Part shown: positions 8,232-10,624 of the stretch, piece after piece
Layout: every line of letters begins with the position of its first letter
How positions within the stretch are numbered: the stretch's first letter is position 1
From: Chlorokybus atmophyticus
Taxonomy: Eukaryota > Plantae > Mesostigma and Chlorokybus algae
Reading direction: 5' to 3'
Assembly (NCBI GenBank): GCA_009103225.1
Contig: RHPI01003642.1
Span: 1,320,093 to 1,330,716 of the forward strand
Length of the DNA: 10,624 bases
Translations under genes and position numbers: made by a program
The notes under the pieces: generated by a model
Database searches by the model: none
The model's input: only the letters and a program-made list of their open reading frames with translations
What the model was told of the DNA's origin: nothing

Positions 8232-8241
8232 TTACATGTAA
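8232..8241. promoter_or_regulatory. Palindromic TTACATGTAA, a candidate UGUAA poly(A) signal for the minus-strand HRGP gene
   Basis: Contains TGTAA on both strands and lies about 320 nt downstream of the stop at 8554. Confidence 0.3.
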
Positions 8242-8553
8242 CTTAACACGCAGTATTGCAATGCATACCTTGTCACTCAGCACATTTGTGATGACATGGA
8301 ATGGTTGGGCTTGCGTTTGATAAGGCATGGCAAAAGATTCACGCACTAATTTTATACACTTGTACCCCATCCGAGAGGCTGCCAAGTTTCTAGCGCATAC
8401 AGTGGCTCATCACCCACCATAGCTGAGCTACGCTCAGGCCAAGGCATGGCCCCTTTTTCCTACGGCTATACACGATCTTTTGATCCAGCTGCTAAGCGTG
8501 TATATGCTGGTTGCAGCTTGCACAGAAGTTGGTGCAGATAGAGCTGTCTGCCG

Positions 8554-10624
8554 CTACTTGCACAGCTTACCAGCGACCCATGCATCATCGCTGGTGTTAA
8601 GCTGATCGTTTCCATAACAGATGTTGGCATTCTCCCCACAACCAAAGAGCTTGCACACCTGCAGTCAGCAAAAGTTGTGAGACATTCGTGCGTGCATGCG
8701 TGCGTGCGTCTGCTGTTGCATGTGCTGTAAGTTGCGCACATTGCTGTAGCGGCCGTCGCCGGTGTAGTAAGCCCAGTACTTGCAGGCAAGGTTGGCCTTG
8801 CACTTGTGGCAGCAGGTGTCGGCGTCGGGGACGTGCTTGATCCGCTTGATGCGGTTCAGCGGGGGATACTGCCACAGACCCGTGGACACTGGCCTTGAAC
8901 AGAAGGACTTGCACACCTTGGTGCCGTCAAGACGCTTCTGCACAAGCACCGGCAGAGTAAGTGAAAGCAAGGGGCAGGCACTCGCGCCGACAGCAACAGC
9001 AGAGTGAACGGACATGTTCAAAAAAACCATGTTGGCAGATGCAGCGATAGCCGCCTGTCACAGGCTTGCAACGGCCATAGGGGCCGCAAGGGCATACTGT
9101 GTGCAGACAGTTCAACAGTCAGTTACACTGATAGGCCTTGACGTGGCATGCAGTTCCACATGCATGTACGCACACTTGCTGCAACCCCACTCCACGTGTG
9201 CACTTACCAGGTGGTGGCGGCGGTGGTGGTGACGGCGGTGATGGCGATGGCGATGGCGGTGGTGGAGGTTGGGATGATGGCGGTGGGAGTGAGGGTGTTA
9301 GCGGGGATGGAGGTGGGGGTGACGGCGGTGATGGCGATGGCAGTGGGGGTGGGGATGGTGGGAGTAGTGGTGGAGGTTGGGATGATGGCGGTGGGGATGG
9401 CGGTGATAGCGGCGATGGCGATGGGGGGAGTGGGGTTGGTGGGAGTGATGGTGGTGGTAGAGGTTGGGATGATATCGGTGGGGATGGAGGTGACAGCGGC
9501 GATGGCGATGGGGGTGGGGGTACTAGCGGGGATGGGGGTGGGGTTGACGGTGGTGTTGGCAATGGCAGTGGTGGTGGAGGTTGGGATGATGGCGGTGGGG
9601 ATGGCGGTGATAGCGGCGATGGCGATGGGGGGAGTGGGGTTGGTGGGAGTGATGGTGGTGGTAGAGGTTGGGATGATATCGGTGGGGATGGAGGTGACAG
9701 CGGCGATGGCGATGGGGGTGGGGGTACTAGCGGGGATGGGGGTGGGGTTGACGGTGGTGTTGGCAATGGCAGTGGTGGTGGAGGTTGGGATGATGGCGGT
9801 GGGGATGGCGGTGATAGCGGCGATGGCGATGGGGGGAGTGGGGTTGGTGGGAGTGATGGTGGTGGTAGAGGTTGGGATGATATCGGTGGGGATGGAGGTG
9901 ACAGCGGCGATGGCGATGGGGGTGGGGGTACTAGCGGGGATGGGGGTGGGGTTGACGGTGGTGTTGGCAATGGCAGTGGTGGTGGAGGTTGGGATGATGG
10001 CGGTGGGGATGGCGGTGATAGCGGCGATGGCGATGGGGGGAGTGGGGTTGGTGGGAGTGATGGTGGTGGTAGAGGTTGGGATGATATCGGTGGGGATGGA
10101 GGTGACAGCGGCGATGGCGATGGGGGTGGGGGTACTAGCGGGGATGGGGGTGGGGTTGACGGTGGTGTTGGCAATGGCAGTGGTGGTGGAGGTTGGGATG
10201 ATGGCGGTGGGGATGGCGGTGATAGCGGCGATGGCGATGGGGGGAGTGGGGTTGGTGGGAGTGATGGTGGTGGTAGAGGTTGGGATGATATCGGTGGGGA
10301 TGGAGGTGACAGCGGCGATGGCGATGGGGGTGGGGGTACTAGCGGGGATGGGGGTGGGGTTGACGGTGGTGTTGGCAATGGCAGTGGTGGTGGAGGTTGG
10401 GATGATGGCGGTGGGGATGGCGGTGATAGCGGCGATGGCGATGGGGGGAGTGGGGTTGGTGGGAGTGATGGTGGTGGTAGAGGTTGGGATGATATCGGTG
10501 GGGATGGAGGTGACAGCGGCGATGGCGATGGGGGTGGGGGTACTAGCGGGGATGGGGGTGGGGTTGACGGTGGTGTTGGCAATGGCAGTGGTGGTGGAGG
10601 TTGGGATGATGGCGGTGGGGATGG
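8554..10624 (-). CDS. Ser/Pro-rich HRGP-like cell-wall or surface protein with C-terminal EGF-like and PAN/apple domains, 5'-partial. Exons >10624-9208, 9096-9014, 8937-8740, 8658-8554.
   Basis: Seen: frame open from the window edge. Donor G|GTAAGT and GT-AG introns of 111, 76 and 81 nt give (SP-rich)PPPP|[28 protein letters not shown]|[66 protein letters not shown]|[34 protein letters not shown]. The C-x8-C-x-C-x2-GF pattern is EGF-like. CCxxC-x4-C-x2-W...CxL...WxAG is PAN/apple-like. Confidence 0.9.
9367..10624 (-). repeat. Coding tandem array, 204-bp (68-aa) unit, at least 6.1 copies, running off the window
   Basis: Marker AATGGCAG recurs at 9561, 9765, 9969, 10173, 10377 and 10581. Lines 9421, 9481 and 9541 are identical to lines 10441, 10501 and 10561. 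Confidence 0.97.

Noticed and set aside
9367-10624. CRISPR array or telomere-like repeat
   Set aside because: There are no unique spacers. The unit is a multiple of 3 and lies in an open Pro/Ser frame that splices to folded domains.
1-10624. Giant-virus endogenous element, rRNA or tRNA
   Set aside because: No viral hallmark gene, rRNA motif or cloverleaf was recognisable.

Overview
Eukaryotic genomic DNA with short GT-AG introns, CTRAC-type branch points and TGTAA hexamer-type signals. A chlorophyte green alga is likely, but this is an inference. Left to right: (1) a multi-exon + strand gene of unknown product (147-1731) whose first visible intron holds a frameshifted paralogous copy of its next exon and a foldback repeat family; (2) a 560-N assembly gap; (3) a block of palindromic motifs ending in a CAC-type transposon terminus at 3255; (4) a spliced, inactivated Plavaka-like DDE transposase on the minus strand (4437-3256), with an N-terminal zinc finger, a TGDWW motif and an NDKT motif, cut off by that terminus; (5) a divergent, phase-consistent multi-exon coiled-coil gene (about 4556-5805), separated from the transposase by (CCGCCA)8; (6) a GTAC-rich imperfect inverted-repeat element (6963-7719); (7) the 3' part of a minus-strand Ser/Pro-rich HRGP-like gene, with a perfect 204-bp tandem array followed by spliced EGF-like and PAN/apple domains. 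All family assignments come from motif recognition by eye; no searches were run.
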